The position numbers were made by a program, and so were the translations under genes. Of a DNA stretch of 64,000 bases, positions 62,188-64,000 are shown piece by piece; within the stretch, counting starts at the first letter, position 1, and the number at the start of each line of letters is the position of its first letter. The notes beneath the pieces are model-generated. The model ran no database searches and was not told where the DNA came from. It saw only the letters and a program-made list of their open reading frames with translations. Origin of the DNA: Patellaria atrata CBS 101060 (lineage: Eukaryota); the NCBI GenBank assembly GCA_010093705.1, contig MU006091.1, forward strand, positions 1,488,001 to 1,552,000. The letters run 5' to 3'.

Positions 62188-63597
62188 ATGCCAGAACAAC
62201 AATTGATTATCCTTCTCGTAGGCAATGGGGGCAGAGAACATGCAATCGCCTGGAAGCTGTCTCAGTCCTCTCTCGTCACTAGAATTTACGTTGTTCCTGG
62301 GAACGGAGGCACAGAAACTGTCCCGAAAACTCAGAATGTCACCTCCGTAAAGGCAGACGATTTTCCAGCTCTGGTGCAGTTTGCAAAGCAACTCGAAATA
62401 AACCTTCTCGTGCCTGGGCCTGAGGCTCCACTGGTTGCTGGCATCGTCGACTACTTCAAGAAGCATGCGCCGGAAATCAGAGCGTTTGGGCCTTCAGAGG
62501 CCGCGGCAAGAATGGAGGGCTCAAAGACTTTCTCGAAGGACTTCATGCAGCGACATTCCATCCCAACCGCCGAGTACCGCAACTTCAATAGCTATGAGAA
62601 AGCGAAGGAATATCTCGATAGCGTGGCGCACAATGTGGTTATCAAGGCGAGTGGTCTTGCTGCAGGGAAAGGCGTTATCATACCCACTACAAAGAATGAA
62701 GCACACGATGCGCTCAAAGAGATAATGCTAGAGAAGGAATTCGGTGATGCTGGCGATGAGGTTGTTATTGAAGAATTCCTAGAAGGGGACGAGTTGAGCA
62801 TCTTGACCTTCAGCGATGGGACGACCGCCAGATCATTACCGCCCGCACAAGATCACAAGAGAATAGGAGAGAATGATACGGGACCAAATACAGGTGGTAT
62901 GGGAACGTATGCTCCTGCGCCGAAGAGAATTGTGTCGGAGGAGATGATCGAGCAAATTCATAAAACCATACAACAGCCCTCGATTGACGGCATGCGAGAA
63001 GAGGGTAAGCACCCCATTCTAGTCTTATAATTGAAAACCGATTGCTTTTAACACGCATGTAGGATTTCCATTTACGGGTGTCCTTTTCACTGGCCTCATG
63101 ATGACCCCGTCTGGTCCCAAAGTCCTAGAATATAATGTCCGCTTCGGCGATCCCGAAACCCAGAGTCTCCTCGTCCTTCTTGAGTCCGACCTTGCAGAGT
63201 TGATGCTGGCTTGTACCTCTAATACCCTGAGCTCCTTCAGCTTGAAGGTATCCCCCCACTTTGCAGTCACTGTCGTCATGGCAGCAGGTGGCTATCCCGG
63301 GTCATATAAGAAGGGAACGCCGATACAAGTCCCTGACGCGCTCGAACCAAGTAAGTCTCCCTTCTTTTACAGCTCCTTGATCCGCGATACTAATATTATA
63401 TAGATACATGGCTTTTCGACGCGGGAACCATTATTAAAGGTGGCATCCTACAAACCTCGGGAGGCAGAGTCATCGCAGCGACAGCGGCTGCTGAATCCTT
63501 ACAACAGGCGCTTGACAAAGCTTACGCGCTCGTGAAGAGGGTCAAATTCGAGGGAATGCAGTATAGAACTGACATCGCCGCGAGAGCACTAAGATAA
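62188..63597 (+). CDS. Phosphoribosylamine-glycine ligase (GARS/PurD), monofunctional, 3 exons
   Basis: LLVGNGGREHAIAWKL; VPGPEAPL; AARMEGSK; VIKASGLAAGKGV; QDHKRIGENDTGPNTGGMG; VLEYNVRFGDPETQ; TSGGRVI; YRTDIAARALR* (TAA 63595-63597). Confidence 0.93.
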
Positions 63598-64000
63598 CTC
63601 TCCTCCTTTCCCTAAACGTTAGATGAGGCATTTTTGTGAGCGTTCAAAGTTTATGTACAATACCATTCTGCAGATTTATGGACCGTATCTTCTGATTTTA
63701 TATTCCCAGCGCCAATACAGGACCTCATGTTATGCCGGGCGTTAGATTCTCATTGCAGTTCTGAATAACCGCCTAATCCATCATGAGGTCCTGCATTGGC
63801 GCTGAGGATATAAAATCAGAAGGCCACGGTACATAAATCTGCACCAAAGCATCATACCACTGGGATAGAGCACTGAACTCATGTCATTCATCTTTGACCA
63901 AACTTTCTTATCCAAATTGGATTTTGTATATTAAATAAAGCTTACAGTACGTTATCATCAATCTCAAGGTTTCCTTCTCAATCCTGACCCTAATCACATT

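Overview
This window is eukaryotic DNA from a filamentous ascomycete (Pezizomycotina; a Dothideomycete is my guess). Genes have short GT-AG introns with CTAAC/CTGAC-like branch points. There are two gene-dense housekeeping blocks. The first (0.4-8.4 kb) holds BUD31, NDUFA6, RPC19, HIS3, ALE1 and CWC27. The second (32-63.6 kb) holds a lactonase, a GH18 chitinase, HSP60, cofilin, GET5, NOP2, a hexose transporter, a GNAT, an orphan gene, RFC3, an ARC18-like gene, a methyltransferase-fold/MJ1316 fusion, RNase III, RSM27, GPI19 and a stand-alone GAR synthetase. Between them lies a ~23 kb island (8.4-31.8 kb) with no intact gene. It contains several decayed intron-bearing genes, including a multi-kb Q/E/T-repeat gene ending in a Ulp1/C48-protease-like relic, plus Tad1-like LINE fragments, probable solo LTRs and an AT-rich RIP-like tract. 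The most interesting points are the dead island, the MTase-fold/MJ1316 fusion next to RNase III, a strongly divergent ARPC3, a GARS lacking the usual AIRS fusion, and a conserved LINE 3' stem-loop with a chimeric LINE copy. All calls come from motif recognition by eye; no searches were run.
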